From positions 51,365 through 71,364 of the forward strand of contig KZ538428.1 in assembly GCA_000934665.2 (NCBI GenBank): DNA of 20,000 bases, written 5' to 3'. The first letter of the stretch is position 1. The number at the start of each line of letters is the position of its first letter. Shown piece by piece: positions 8,201-18,451 of the stretch. The position numbers and the translations under genes are program-made. Source of the DNA: Catajapyx aquilonaris. Lineage: Eukaryota. Below the pieces are notes generated by a model. That model was not told where the DNA came from. It ran no database searches and saw nothing but the letters and a program-made list of their open reading frames with translations.

Positions 8201-11200
8201 ACTAATTCTGCCGCCCACTCTTCAGGAAAAACTGATTCTTTCAATATACTATTTATTACGGCCATGAAGGTGTTTCTCGTAGGAAGGGATAAAGTCTTCC
8301 AGAGTTAGTTTGTAATTAAATCTGGTCCAGTTGCCTTGCTTTTTTTGAGTCTAAGAAGGACATTTTCTAGCTCAATCATCTCAAAATCCTGATGTGGAGA
8401 CCAAATGGGAACCTCAAACAGCAATTTGTTTGACGTTGTGTCGTAATAGTCAAACAAATAATCTAGCCATTTGTTCTGTGGTAGCTCCGTTGTTTTCATT
8501 TTAAATTGGAATTTTTTTATCGTAGGCCAGAAGTCTCTCAGACTCTTTGAGTCAAGCAACTGTTGGATGGTACTAGAAAAATACAATCTTTTTTTTGCCA
8601 CTAAGCACTTTCTATGCATCCTATTGTTTTCTCGAAATGCACATTTATCCTTATCATCTAGCAATGCTCGCCATTTCTTTAAAAGCTTTCTGGTTGTTTT
8701 TTTCATGGATTTTAGATCCCAGTTGAACCACACAGATTTAGTCATCGCCGCAATGGGACCACCAATCTCCGTGATAAGACCAAAATCCATTAATACTCCC
8801 GAGATTGACTTTATTAGGAATTGGGCTGCATTTGTAGTCGTCATTTCGCCAACTCCGGTCCAGTCCAATTGGTCGATTGTATCATTAAGGAAAGAAAATT
8901 CTACCTTCGGCCTTATTAGTCGATTTGCTTTCATAATAGTTTGGGGAGTGTCTGGGACTAGAACCATAAATTCTGTCACTATCGCAAAGTGGTCCGAAGC
9001 GATATTATCACTTACTCTGAAGTCACTTATTTCTTTTTGCAATGTGCGTGAACATAACGCGAGGTCAATTACACTGCTTCCCCTCTTTCCTATAAAAGTA
9101 AATTCCCCATACGGATCCGAATTTGTGGTTCCATTCAATACACACAATGAATGGTTATCTATGAATTGAATAAATCCTCTCCCCCTCTGGTTTTCTGTTT
9201 CATCTCTTGATCTTCGAATATTTAGGTTGTCAATATCGGTCCCATAGAAAGCTATACTGGTTGATTGTAGTCTGCAATTCTAGCGTTAAATTCCCCCATA
9301 AACAGTGATCGATCCTCATAGTTTTCGCTATTTGACACCTATTCTTGTAACTTATCCAACACTGAGCGGTAATTTGGGGAGGGCAGGATATAAACTAAAC
9401 CAATTGAAATTTTTCCCACTGGTGCGGGGGGGGGGGGGNNNNNNNNNNNNNNNNNNGAGCAGGGAGAGATTTATATGTAGAACAGTGAAATTCAGATCAA
9501 TTGCCATTTTTCCCGGATTTAAACTGTTGTGTACCAGGAGTAGCAAACCCCCAGAATACCTGCCGACCTTTGCCGACCTTGTTGCAGGGGACTGATAAAT
9601 TTTATAGTTTTTTACCTCCACCAGCTTTTTTTCATCCTGCATCCAGGTCTTGGTAAAACCATAACATCCCGGTGTAGGAAGTAAGTCCTGGAACTCCCTG
9701 ATAGCCTCCTCAATACGTAGACCAGCAATATTCCACGAGCCGCATTTATACACCTGAGTAGATAAGCTTGCACTGGTATTGGGAAGGTCGGAGACACTTG
9801 GATGGCTTGCGCCATAGGCATTGGAAACAGGAGCACTAAAAGAATCGGACTTGGTGTGTGATTTGGGGGATAAAACTGCACCGACACTCAAGAAAAGAGA
9901 CATATCGAAACTGACTCGTGGGTTAACTCTGGTTGGATCAGGTGGACAAATCGGAATAACACATGCACTTGCACTCATCTTTGAAGATTCTGTTACACTA
10001 GGGATCACTAGAGTTAGAGGGTGAACTGAGCTGGTCAATCACTTGTTTGATGATCGCACCGCTGTTGCATAGGTAGAAGTTGCTCCCGATGCTCCTTTGC
10101 TGAGTTTGCTTGTTGGCTTTGGATCCAAGGGCGATGTTGAGCTGCCCCTTTTGTTTCGAATGGTAGAATGGAGCTCGTTCTGCAATGGTTCAGCGGTGTC
10201 CTCACAACATTCGGTGTTCTGTAGGTTTTCCAATGTAATAAATCTTCCGTCTACCCGTAGTTTGTCGCGACAAATTGACGCTTTCTTGCCCATCTCCTTG
10301 CACTGCCGCACATATGGAAGCAATTTCTTTCGTATCTCACGGGTCTCGAGTGAGAAATCCTCCGAAATAGAAACTTGTGAGGACTTCAATTTGTATGCGT
10401 ATCGCTTCTTCGTCTTTGTAGAAGGAGCATCTCATTGATCTCAAGATGATTGGTCTCACTCGATCCGGGATGAATCTCCCCATTCGATGGCTACGCTTGA
10501 TAGGCAAATTGGGGTTGGGCGGGAGTACCCCAAGTATTTAAAATTATAATTGCAATGAACTTTTGCCATTTTTTTACAGTATATAACAGGAAGTGCATGT
10601 TTATTCTTCAGTGCTTTAAGTTCTGTGTCCCCCCACGATTCTTGAGGAGCCACCCCTAATATAATGATATTTTTCCTTCTGCCTCGGTCATCCATATCCA
10701 CAATCTTAGATTCCAGTGCCAGAATCTTGGAGGTCGAAAACTCGAGCTGGTTTGCAAGGTCCGTCACCATGGAATGGAGCTCGTTCACCTTTTCATTCTG
10801 CTCTTCCGTCTTCTTATCCAGGATCTTCGTGAGCTCTGCCGTTACCTTCTCTGCTACCAACTCAATTGCCCCCTGAATCTTGGTATCCAGCTTCTTCTCC
10901 AAGGCTTGCAGTAGGTCAGCCATTTCACAGGAAGTGCATGTTTATTCTGAATTAGCGATCATTTTAGGCATTGTTCAAAGAATTATTGTATATAGTCAAT
11001 AGATTGAAAAGTATTATATGAAAATTAATAAAAATTAAAATATGGCGTGGGGTCCTAAAAGACCCCACGCACGGTTCCCTTAACTTTCAGGCACGGCACG
11101 GTTCCAGGGTTAATAACAGCATAATATAGCACAACAATTTTTACGTTTGGATCACGATCTGATTGGTTACACTGTTGCAACATATGTCATAATGTGATAG

Positions 11201-13344
11201 AGCGCTAGAAAATTCTGAACTACAATCGACAATATCTTGGCATACCCTATATTGTATTGTATTTATTGATTTATTCTGTTTTACAGGGGAGCACGTACGA
11301 TGACCTGGCACAGGAGACAGCCCAAAACATCAGTGCAATTTCCAACATTTTACGGCAACGATCTAAGGGTAATTGGAAGCTGGGTAGACATAATTATGAT
11401 AAAATACTGATACCCCTGCAGTTGAAAGGGACACGCCATTCAAAAAACAAGTTTGGCTCTAAAAATTGGGCAAAAAATCCTGAATCCGAATGTGCAATCT
11501 GTTTTTCGCTACACGGAAAGGTAATCCCAGGGCGATGGGTCAAAGTCGGGAAATTCAAATAGTGCGCAAGAAGCTGGCCGTCCGCTAGCGACGCCCTCGG
11601 GACCTTCGGAACGGGGGGGCTGCTTCCGCCTGCCCGCGCGCTTAGGGCCATCCCAGAGCAGTGCAGCCCTCCAGTTCCCCTGTTCCCCGCGTGGCGGTGC
11701 CGCTCATTAGCAGACGACACACGTTGACACCTCGCCCTGGGATTACCGTTCTGCGTAGCAAAAGATGGATTGCACCTTCGGATTCAGGATTTTCCCCCCG
11801 ATTTTTAGAGCCAAACTTGTTTTTTGAGTGGAGTGTCCCTTTAAGGACTCATCACATGTATTGGACTTTTAATGGTTTGAGTCAAAAGGGTCAGTTATTT
11901 TATGATTCATGCCTAATGGCCATGTATAGTTGCGATCAAAGTTCATTGATGAGCGTGTTACTGGTTGATAAATCAGATGTTAAAAATCCTGTTCATAGCC
12001 TAGTCTTGTATGTAAAGAATTTCATAATCTCATGTTTCTGCAGGCAGACAGGCAGCCTGCAGGCCTAAACATCCCGTTGGTGTAGTTCACCCGTCGGAGG
12101 AAGTCCTTGGTATCGCTTCGATTCACGAGAGAGCCCACATTCAGGGAACAAAATGCGGAAGCAATTTGACACCAAAGGTACAGAAAGCATGACATTAGTA
12201 ATGAACACAACTTGAATGAACGTTAGTTATAATAATTATATAATAATAATAATAATAATTCTTGGGTAGTGCCTGACCCTATATAGGGTATGCGGCATGG
12301 ACCTTTATTGTAACTTGTAGTACATAGACCATATTTTTGAAACGCCCGGGCCCATGGGCAGGATGACAGGAGAGAATGTGCAAGGTGCAGTGCAATGTCT
12401 TAAACCTGGAACCGTGCCATGGGGTCTTTTTGGACCTCAAGTATTTAAAATTATAATTACAATGAACTTTTGCCATTTTTTTACAGTATATAGCAGGAAG
12501 TGCATGTTTATTTTGAATTAGCGATCATTTTAGGCATTGTTCAAAGAATGATTGCATATAGTCATTACATTGAAAAGTATTATATAACAATTAATAAAAA
12601 TTGAAATATGGATGGGGTCTGAAAAGGCCCCACGGCAACGGTTGGCGTAACTTTCAGGCACGGCATGGTTCCAGGGTTAATGTGGCGATTTTTAGTTAAT
12701 TCCCCCGGGTGGTTTAGGCTATTAGAAATACCACCCGATACGAAGCGTGAGGTCACCCTGAACTCTGCACGAGATGAAGGGGGTGTCCCCGGGTTGGGAA
12801 CGAACCCGGGACCTTAACATCCGTGGGCACGTACGTTACCGCAGCACCACTCCACCTCCCCTGAATGAACGTTAGTTAATCTTGTTGATGGAGGAGTCTG
12901 GACAGGGTTTATTAATTCTGTTTAATACGAGCTTCAAATTTTGCTCTTGTGTAAGAAAGAATATGGGTTTTTATTTTTAAATCCCAGAAGCAATGACAAA
13001 GTTCTATTAACAAAGTAATGGGGAGGCGGAGTGGTGCTGAGGTAACGTATGCGCCGACGGATGTTAAGGTCCCGGGTTCGATCCCAACCCGGGGACACCC
13101 CCTTCATCTCGTGCAGAGTTCAGGGTGACCTCTGGCTTCGTCTCGGGTGGTATTTCCACAGACTAAACCACCCGGGGAGTTCACTAAAAATGGCTACGTT
13201 TAAGACATTGCACTGCACCTTGCACATCCCCTCCTGTCATCCTCCCCGGGGGCCCGGGCGCTACGTAAAAAGGCTCAAATGTACTTGATATAATAAATAA
13301 AGGTCCGTGCTGCATACCTCGGATGAGGTCACGCACTACCCCGG

Positions 13345-13415
<71 letters not shown>

Positions 13416-15189
13416 GCAAAGTAATTGTAAAGCACATTAATATAGTCCCCAGCGGGTTAACTTGGCAGTCCGCCCTCCCAACACTCCCAGCCAATGGCGT
13501 GCCTGGATTGGGATGGGGAGGAATGGTGGGGTCCAGGTGGAGTGGGGATGAGTGACATTCACCGGAACATCCGCCGGATCAGTCGCCGGATGCTAGGCTG
13601 AATGCTTGAAATACATATGTACATATTGCCATTAAAGGTTTGCTTTAGGATGTGTGTCGCAACAATTCACGTCATCAATATTTCCAAGAGGTCAGCGTGG
13701 CGGAGGAATGTGACGTAGAAGGCAGCGGGAGGTAGGGGAACGAGGTTGGGGCTATGGGGTAGAGGAGGTAGGCAGCGGCGGGGAGAGGCGGGGGGGCAAG
13801 AGGGGGCGTTGCCAGAAACCCCCACCCTGACACGTTAGGAGGCAATCTACTATAGCACCAGTATTAAATAATGGAAAGTAGTTAGCCCGAGATTTGTCAA
13901 ATGCCCAGTGAACTAAACTAGATTTTACCTCATAATTTATGTGCTGGTCAATTGTTGTAAGTGGTACTTACTTTCAAACCAATATATTGTTGACGTTTAT
14001 TAGCATGAATTCGTGTTATTACTTACTCAGTAATTTATGTTCATAATGATTTAGTAATCCTGTTTAATATCTCTTTAATGCATGCAGGCCTCTACTTCTG
14101 GAATCTTAGGGAACAATAAGCCGAGCATAGTTGAGATAACGCCATCAGCAGCAGGTGATGTGTCGTGGGACTCGGCTGGTGATGCAAGCGGAGCAGTGAC
14201 CACTGGGGGAAAAGGAGTTGTAAGTATGGTACTCAGATCTTACTGATCCGAACAAGCGATAAGCTAAAGTGTCGACTGAAGTTGCACAGGAGGATACAGA
14301 TGTAGCAATTGCAACTATGACCCTCTGCAACATGCCTAAGATTTTTCAAGACTAGTGACATCACACCCTGCTCTTGTTGTTGCAATTTTTAGCTTCATAA
14401 AATGTCACTGTCTAATTTTCATGAAATCTCGCAGGGTGCTGCGTGTAAAGAAGGGGAAGACTGCAAGTTCCACTTTCTGGCTGAGTCTTGGAGTGAAAGT
14501 GGCACTTCTAATCATTCGGATGATTTTGAAGACCAGTCGTGTAAAAAGGATGAGGGAAACAGACTACAAGTGGTACGTTTGCCCAAGTTATGTGCAAGGC
14601 ATTGTCATATATTGTTTTCCTGCAAACAATTCAAGGCACTGCAGAACACATGAGCTCTTAAGTTCTGAAATGCTTGGTATATTGTTCATTGAATGAGCAT
14701 ATTGTGTAAGCCGTTTTCATTAATGTTGAATCCTCTCCTTAGGCTACAGCAAATAGTGTGATGGAGACTGAAGACTTGAGTGATAAAGAGTGTGGTACTT
14801 CTGCTGGTTTGGCCCTCGGAAGCAGCTTGAGTATAACGGGAAAGCTGTACCAGTGCGAGTTATGTCCGTACCAGTCGTCAAGGAAGTCGAAGTTCATCAG
14901 GCACCAAAACGTCCATTCGGGTGTTAGGCCATACGTTTGCGAAATTTGCGGAAAAAGGTTTGCCTTAAAGGGCAACATGAAAGCGCACCACAACACTCTC
15001 CACGTCGACGCGAAGCCTTATTCCTGCGATCTGTGTGACAAGAAGTTCAATTGGTTACCCCGGCTGGAACAGCATAGGAGGATCCACACGGGAGAGAGGC
15101 CATTCCCTTGCGAACTGTGTACAAAATCATTCACTGCTCGTTCTGCTTTGAGTCGACACATGAGGCTTCACACTGCAGGATGCACTTAA
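5090..15189 (+). CDS. C2H2 (Kruppel-type) zinc-finger protein, 7 coding exons, predicted 407 aa: join(5090..5252,5921..6048,11287..11368,12044..12177,14088..14219,14435..14572,14743..15189)
   Basis: All six introns are GT..AG with phases 1,0,1,0,0,0 that match across junctions. Exons sum to 1224 nt without internal stops. The last exon encodes four C2H2 fingers. Confidence 0.75.
5487..5735. promoter_or_regulatory. Cluster of six RFX X-box-like motifs in intron 1
   Basis: ATTACTATGGCAAC (5487), ATCACCATGGCAAC (5507), GTTGCCACGGCAAC (5531), GTTGCCATGGCGAT (5560), ATCTCCGGGGCAAC (5587) and GTTGCCGGGCAAT (5723), versus the consensus GTTGCCATGGCAAC. Confidence 0.6.
5921..6048 (+). CDS. ZF gene coding exon 2
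   Basis: Acceptor TCTCCTCTGTTTCAG and donor CAG|GTAAGA. Encodes ...FEPIVSIKVEQDPSESEADKSQ, with an IKVE SUMO-type motif common in ZF linkers. Confidence 0.75.
6103..6189 (+). mobile_element. piggyBac-type MITE, left part (split by the LINE)
   Basis: TTAA|CCCTGGAACCGTG terminus. Homologous to the intact copy at 12404-12676. Confidence 0.8.
6341..9760 (-). pseudogene. LINE ORF2: apurinic endonuclease + reverse transcriptase + C-terminal CCHC, frameshifted
   Basis: EN motifs SWNIAGL, GEFNARI, SVIDLALCS and SDHFAI. RT motifs QGGFRPGRST, LTKAFD, GVLQGERLSPILFN, FADDLVL and YRYLG. Zinc knuckle CSVC...HHLLYEC. Split over ORFs 9352-10038, 8305-9147, 7147-8265 and 6341-7150. Confidence 0.92.
9439..9456. 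other. Assembly gap (N run) after a poly-G tract
   Basis: 18 N bases preceded by a G homopolymer. Confidence 0.98.
10039..10923 (-). pseudogene. LINE ORF1 (coiled coil + L1-ORF1p-like RRM/CTD), disrupted
   Basis: Coiled coil followed by DDRGRRKNIIILGV, then IKRSHRMGRFIPDRVRPIIL in another frame after the insert, then ISEDFSLETREIRKKL...DKLRVDG. Confidence 0.88.
10528..10607 (+). repeat. 80-bp piggyBac-MITE fragment embedded in LINE ORF1
   Basis: CCCCAAGTATTTAAAATTATAATTGCAATGAAC...ACAGGAAGTGCATGTTTATTCT matches ~12435-12514. Its last 22 bp equal 10927-10948. Confidence 0.88.
10927..11109 (+). mobile_element. piggyBac-type MITE, right part
   Basis: Ends GGCACGGTTCCAGGG|TTAA. Subterminal palindrome GCGTGGGGTCCTAAAAGACCCCACGC. 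Homologous to ~12493-12676. Confidence 0.85.
11287..11368 (+). CDS. ZF gene coding exon 3
   Basis: Acceptor TTCTGTTTTACAG and donor AAGG|GTAATT. Encodes GSTYDDLAQETAQNISAISNILRQRSK, phase 0 to 1. Confidence 0.75.
11427..11840. mobile_element. Kolobok-type MITE with ~120-bp imperfect TIRs
   Basis: AGGGACAC...GTGTCCCT termini flanked by TGAA and TTAA. Long inverted arms (AAACAAGTTTGGCTCTAAAAAT...CCTGAATCCGAA...GGTAATCCCAGGGCGA) surround a GC-rich core. Confidence 0.8.
12044..12177 (+). CDS. ZF gene coding exon 4
   Basis: Acceptor TGTTTCTGCAG and donor AAG|GTACAG. Open frame RQAACRPKHPVGVVHPSEEVLGIASIHERAHIQGTKCGSNLTPK, phase 1 to 0. Confidence 0.7.
12230..12861 (-). mobile_element. SINE family A, copy 2 (interrupted by a MITE)
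   Basis: Homologous to A1 and A3. 17-bp TSD TGAATGAACGTTAGTTA at 12213-12229 and 12862-12878. Confidence 0.9.
12404..12676 (+). mobile_element. Intact piggyBac-type MITE (273 bp)
   Basis: TTAA|ACCTGGAACCGTGCC ... GGCATGGTTCCAGGG|TTAA. The single TTAA target is present in the uninterrupted SINE copy A3 (~13200). Confidence 0.9.
13020..13413 (+). mobile_element. SINE family A, copy 3 with (TTA)n tail
   Basis: A and B boxes (GGTTCGATCCC). (TTA)n at 13346-13413. TSD core CAAAGTAAT at 13011-13019 and 13417-13425. Confidence 0.9.
14088..14219 (+). CDS. ZF gene coding exon 5
   Basis: Acceptor ATGCAG and donor GTT|GTAAGT. Encodes ASTSGILGNNKPSIVEITPSAAGDVSWDSAGDASGAVTTGGKGV, 132 nt, phase 0/0. Confidence 0.7.
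14435..14572 (+). CDS. ZF gene coding exon 6
   Basis: Acceptor TCTCGCAG and donor GTG|GTACGT. Encodes GAACKEGEDCKFHFLAESWSESGTSNHSDDFEDQSCKKDEGNRLQV, 138 nt, phase 0/0. Confidence 0.75.
14743..15189 (+). CDS. ZF gene terminal exon with four C2H2 fingers
   Basis: Acceptor TCCTCTCCTTAG. Fingers YQCELC..H...H, YVCEIC..H....H, YSCDLC..H...H and FPCELC..H...H, with linkers SGVRPY, DAKPY and TGERPF. Stop TAA. Confidence 0.93.
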   Translation, partial: ATANSVMETEDLSDKECGTSAGLALGSSLSITGKLYQCELCPYQSSRKSKFIRHQNVHSGVRPYVCEICGKRFALKGNMKAHHNTLHVDAKPYSCDLCDKKFNWLPRLEQHRRIHTGERPFPCELCTKSFTARSALSRHMRLHTAGCT

Positions 15190-15273
15190 ACAAAGTTCAG
15201 TTTTGTACATTTCGCTCAAAAGATGTTTGTTTGTTTGTGTTTTTTTTTTTTTAATTAGACCTGAAGGCGCATG

Positions 15274-16500
15274 GGGGGAGTCCATGACAGTTCACCCAAA
15301 TAAAATTTAAAATGTCACCCTGCATTTTTTGTCAGAAATGAAAATCGGCATCCTGATTTGAATCCGCAACAGTAGCCGAAATGTCGTATTTTCAGCTCCC
15401 GGAGGTCAATAGGTCACGCGTAAAGGTAAGGTCAATAATGGGCATGGCTCGAAACTTGTTATTGAGATTCTGCTATTTTCTTTGTAACTATTTGTGCCAT
15501 GGTTGTGACCGATATATCAAAATACTCGTAACAGTTTGGGGAACTTGATCCATGCCATCAAAGCACAAAATTAGCTCGAAAAGAACAAATAATGTCAAGG
15601 TCAAATCTTGTGACCTTTGACATTTCTGATGTTATGGATACATATTTTTTTGAAAAATATACACTTACGCACCAACTCATCACATAGCTTGGGTGAAAAT
15701 TAAAATCGTTAAGAAAATTTTGTTTTCCAGAAAAAAAATCACAAACTTTCCCGGCAGGCGCATGATGACGTCACTTCATGGCACAATTCCGAAGAAAAGT
15801 TTGTTTTCAATAAGTCTAATTTGCGCATATGACGTCATAGGGTGATGACATACTGTAATTATGTTATTCGTAAAGGTACTTCAACATAATAAAATTATTA
15901 AACAAATAAAACTACACTGTTCTGCAAAAAAAAAACTTTCTTCCTCTATTTTGAAAATCTCTGTGCTCTTTATGGATTTTGGGGTGCCGAATTCGAATAC
16001 GGCAACAGATTTGCTCTATCACGTACAGTTTTTGAGATATATCGTTTTGAAACTTTGGATGGTTTACTAGGGGTCTTTCCGAATCAAGTGGGCCTAAATG
16101 TTGCTAGACCGCCTCGAATCTTGGTGAAAATAATAACAGAGGTACTCAACTAAATATTCCTTAATGCTGCCTATAAAGATTCAGCCATATTGCTCTATCC
16201 TATGATGAGGGGGAAAATCGCCAACATCTGGAAATTGCCGAAAATGAGGCCTTTGTTACAGAATTTGTTTCGGTTAGTGGAAGTGGTCAAAACCCAATGA
16301 ACATCAAAAGAAAGGGAAACACCAGAAAAATGCGCCTATGGAATTAGTTTTCCTCTAAAATGTAAAAATAAATTTTTATAGCATTTCATTGGTCACTTGC
16401 TCAGTTACATGCCCAAGAATTGTGATCTCAACAATGTATTAATTATGTATTTGCGTTACATCAGTCATATTTGGTGACACTTGTTGTGACCGATATAAGG
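15274..16500. mobile_element. Non-coding terminal region of a probable Sola2-like DNA transposon
   Basis: Start GGGGGAGTCCATGACAGTTCA resembles the terminus GGGTGGTTCCATTTCAAATCA at 16526. Repeated AGGTCA/TGACCT motifs. No partner TIR seen, and the right boundary is uncertain. Confidence 0.4.
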
Positions 16501-16525
16501 TTCACAGTGTTGGGCAGGATCTACT

Positions 16526-17857
16526 GGGTGGTTCCATTTCAAATCAGGCCAGATCCAGAGAAGTTGTCAGGGCTTGGTCTCCGATTATTACGGAAAAATT
16601 ACACGAAGTACCGCTGTCGAAATGAAGACGAATGACACTGGCTATTTTTCAGTGTCATTTTTTATTTGCCCTGAAAAAAATCATAACCGCAGGGGTACCA
16701 AATCTGCTATTTCTCGAAGTTCATTTTTTCTCAACTTTAGACGCGTGTACCAATTTTCCTATACGTTACAGAAAAACCAAATTCGGAATGGAGCAACTGC
16801 CTATGTAGGTCTGAATTTTCGATATAAAATAATTGTGAATGTATAATTAGCAACCGCGCAAAAAAATGGCAAAAATGCTGGTTACGACATTTTAGCAGTT
16901 TTCGCAAAAAAGTTTCTTTGAAAAAAAAATATTTGTGGGCAAATGAAACATGTAAACTTTGGGTACAACTACTCATACCCTCTCTACTTATCAGCTTTGT
17001 TAAGCTTTGAAGTCAAAGGTTAATAGTGGAGCCATTGTTGAACATTGATAACTTCGCAAAAACATGGTTTGGAAAAAAATAATTTTCTCAAAAACACCAC
17101 GAGATAATTGAACACCTATTTATTTCTGGGCAGAGGAACATCTGAGCCACACACCAGTGCAAAGATTCTCTCCCCCCGAGGTGTATGGTCCCGATTTGAA
17201 TTTTATTACTTACTCGTTTCCGGCGCTCTCCATGGAGCCCACCGACCCAGTTCCACGACTCATAGCATCATGTACGGTACATTTGATTAGAACTTCTCTC
17301 GTACGTGTAGGCTACATGTGATTGTATGATACCTTGAAACTTATATCTGATACTGGTAAATGCTATGTGAGGTACGGTGATGTCAAATCAGGCATAGAGG
17401 TATTGCAAAGTCTTACTCACATTTTTCCAGAAGTCACACCAAATGTTGCGCTGTTCTTTGCACAGTAACCTGGCCACGTTTCATGTTCCAGTAATGGCTG
17501 GACTGTATACCATGAAACGGTTTCACTGTCTGCCATAGTTTCTCCCTAGTTTCACGAAATTGTGTGATTTCTTCTCTTGCGGGTCACATTAGGGATGGAG
17601 GATAGCAGCACCTCACTGAACTGTCCAGAAGTTTTTATTGCCTCTGTTGCACTGTGCCACAAGTTGTACGCTGTCGCAATATGCTTCACTAGCCCTTCTA
17701 CTCCATGGCAGGGTCCTTTACCATGCCCGGCAGCTGTGAAGACCCATTCCCTCTCAGGGATTTCACTTTGCTCAAGTTCATATTTTTGGTATCTGCTTTT
17801 AAAATGACTGGGTGCACCATCGGACACATAGGAAACTCGACTTATATTCTGCCCAGT
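16526..17857 (-). mobile_element. 3' portion of a Sola2-like DNA transposon
   Basis: GGG-starting terminus at 16526, downstream of a minus-strand transposase fragment. Confidence 0.6.
17434..17857 (-). pseudogene. Sola2-like DDD transposase C-terminal fragment
   Basis: YVSDGAPSHFKSR...WVFTAAGHGKGPCHGVEGLVKH matches the SDG..QFKN / HGKGPCDG.GG motifs with the last catalytic D changed to H. After a frameshift it continues as LWQTVKPFHGIQSSHYW. Confidence 0.8.
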
Positions 17858-17863
17858 CGATCG

Positions 17864-18125
17864 ATTTATTTATTTTATTTATTTACGTTACCCCTTGCGA
17901 GGGCAGGGCCCTTTTTGGGGGACACACTCCATCTGGAGTACAAAAAACAAAACAAGAAACCATTCGAGAGAAACTTGAGACATCAACACAATTAAAGATC
18001 AGTCAGCGCACATGTTCGTCCTCTTGATGACATTCACAAAAAAATTGAACAGGTTATATGCATCGACTTTAGGGAGTGTTGAGGAATAGCCAGTGAAGGC
18101 ATTCGGGGGGGTACGAGGGCATATT
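17864..18125 (-). mobile_element. Short 5'-truncated LINE 3' end
   Basis: (TAAA)n tail, hairpin-rich 3' UTR, and a residual peptide KVDAYNLFNFFVNVIKR* resembling the ORF2 C-terminus of the larger LINE. Confidence 0.55.
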
Positions 18126-18451
18126 AAACAAAAAATTATGGCGGGATGTGGCAAAAAAAAAGGGCGCGAAAAAAACATGATGAAGTGTAAATGATTCCCC
18201 TACATTGCACCAAGTGCAGATTTCCTCCGAGGAAAAGTTCAGCTGTGATCCGGAAAGATTTAGCTTCGTAGAAGCGTTCCGAAGATTAGCCGCATTAGTC
18301 TTGCAATTTTGATTGGCAAACTGTATTGCAAGTAGTAGGCCGGCTGGGGTGACACAAAATCCCTATAGTGAGCATAACGGGTCGAGACCGCCAGCGACTG
18401 CAAACTCTGGTCACGGAGATGATCTGTATATTTTTGTGGCAAGGCTCGCAG

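Larger units (their letters stand above)
6190..10926 (-). mobile_element. Decayed non-LTR retrotransposon (ORF1 + APE-RT-CCHC; RTE-X-like), antisense in intron 2
   Basis: ORF1 and ORF2 motifs in the expected order, an A-rich 3' tail at ~6190-6215, and a 16-bp TSD ACAGGAAGTGCATGTT at 6174-6189 and 10927-10942. The clade assignment is tentative. Confidence 0.92.

Noticed and set aside
8471..9169. 232-aa plus-strand ORF
   Set aside because: Antisense shadow of LINE ORF2 with no recognisable motifs.
13300..13345. Possible hammerhead or HDV ribozyme in the SINE tail
   Set aside because: No CUGAUGA/GAAA core or nested double pseudoknot. A simple stem-loop explains it.
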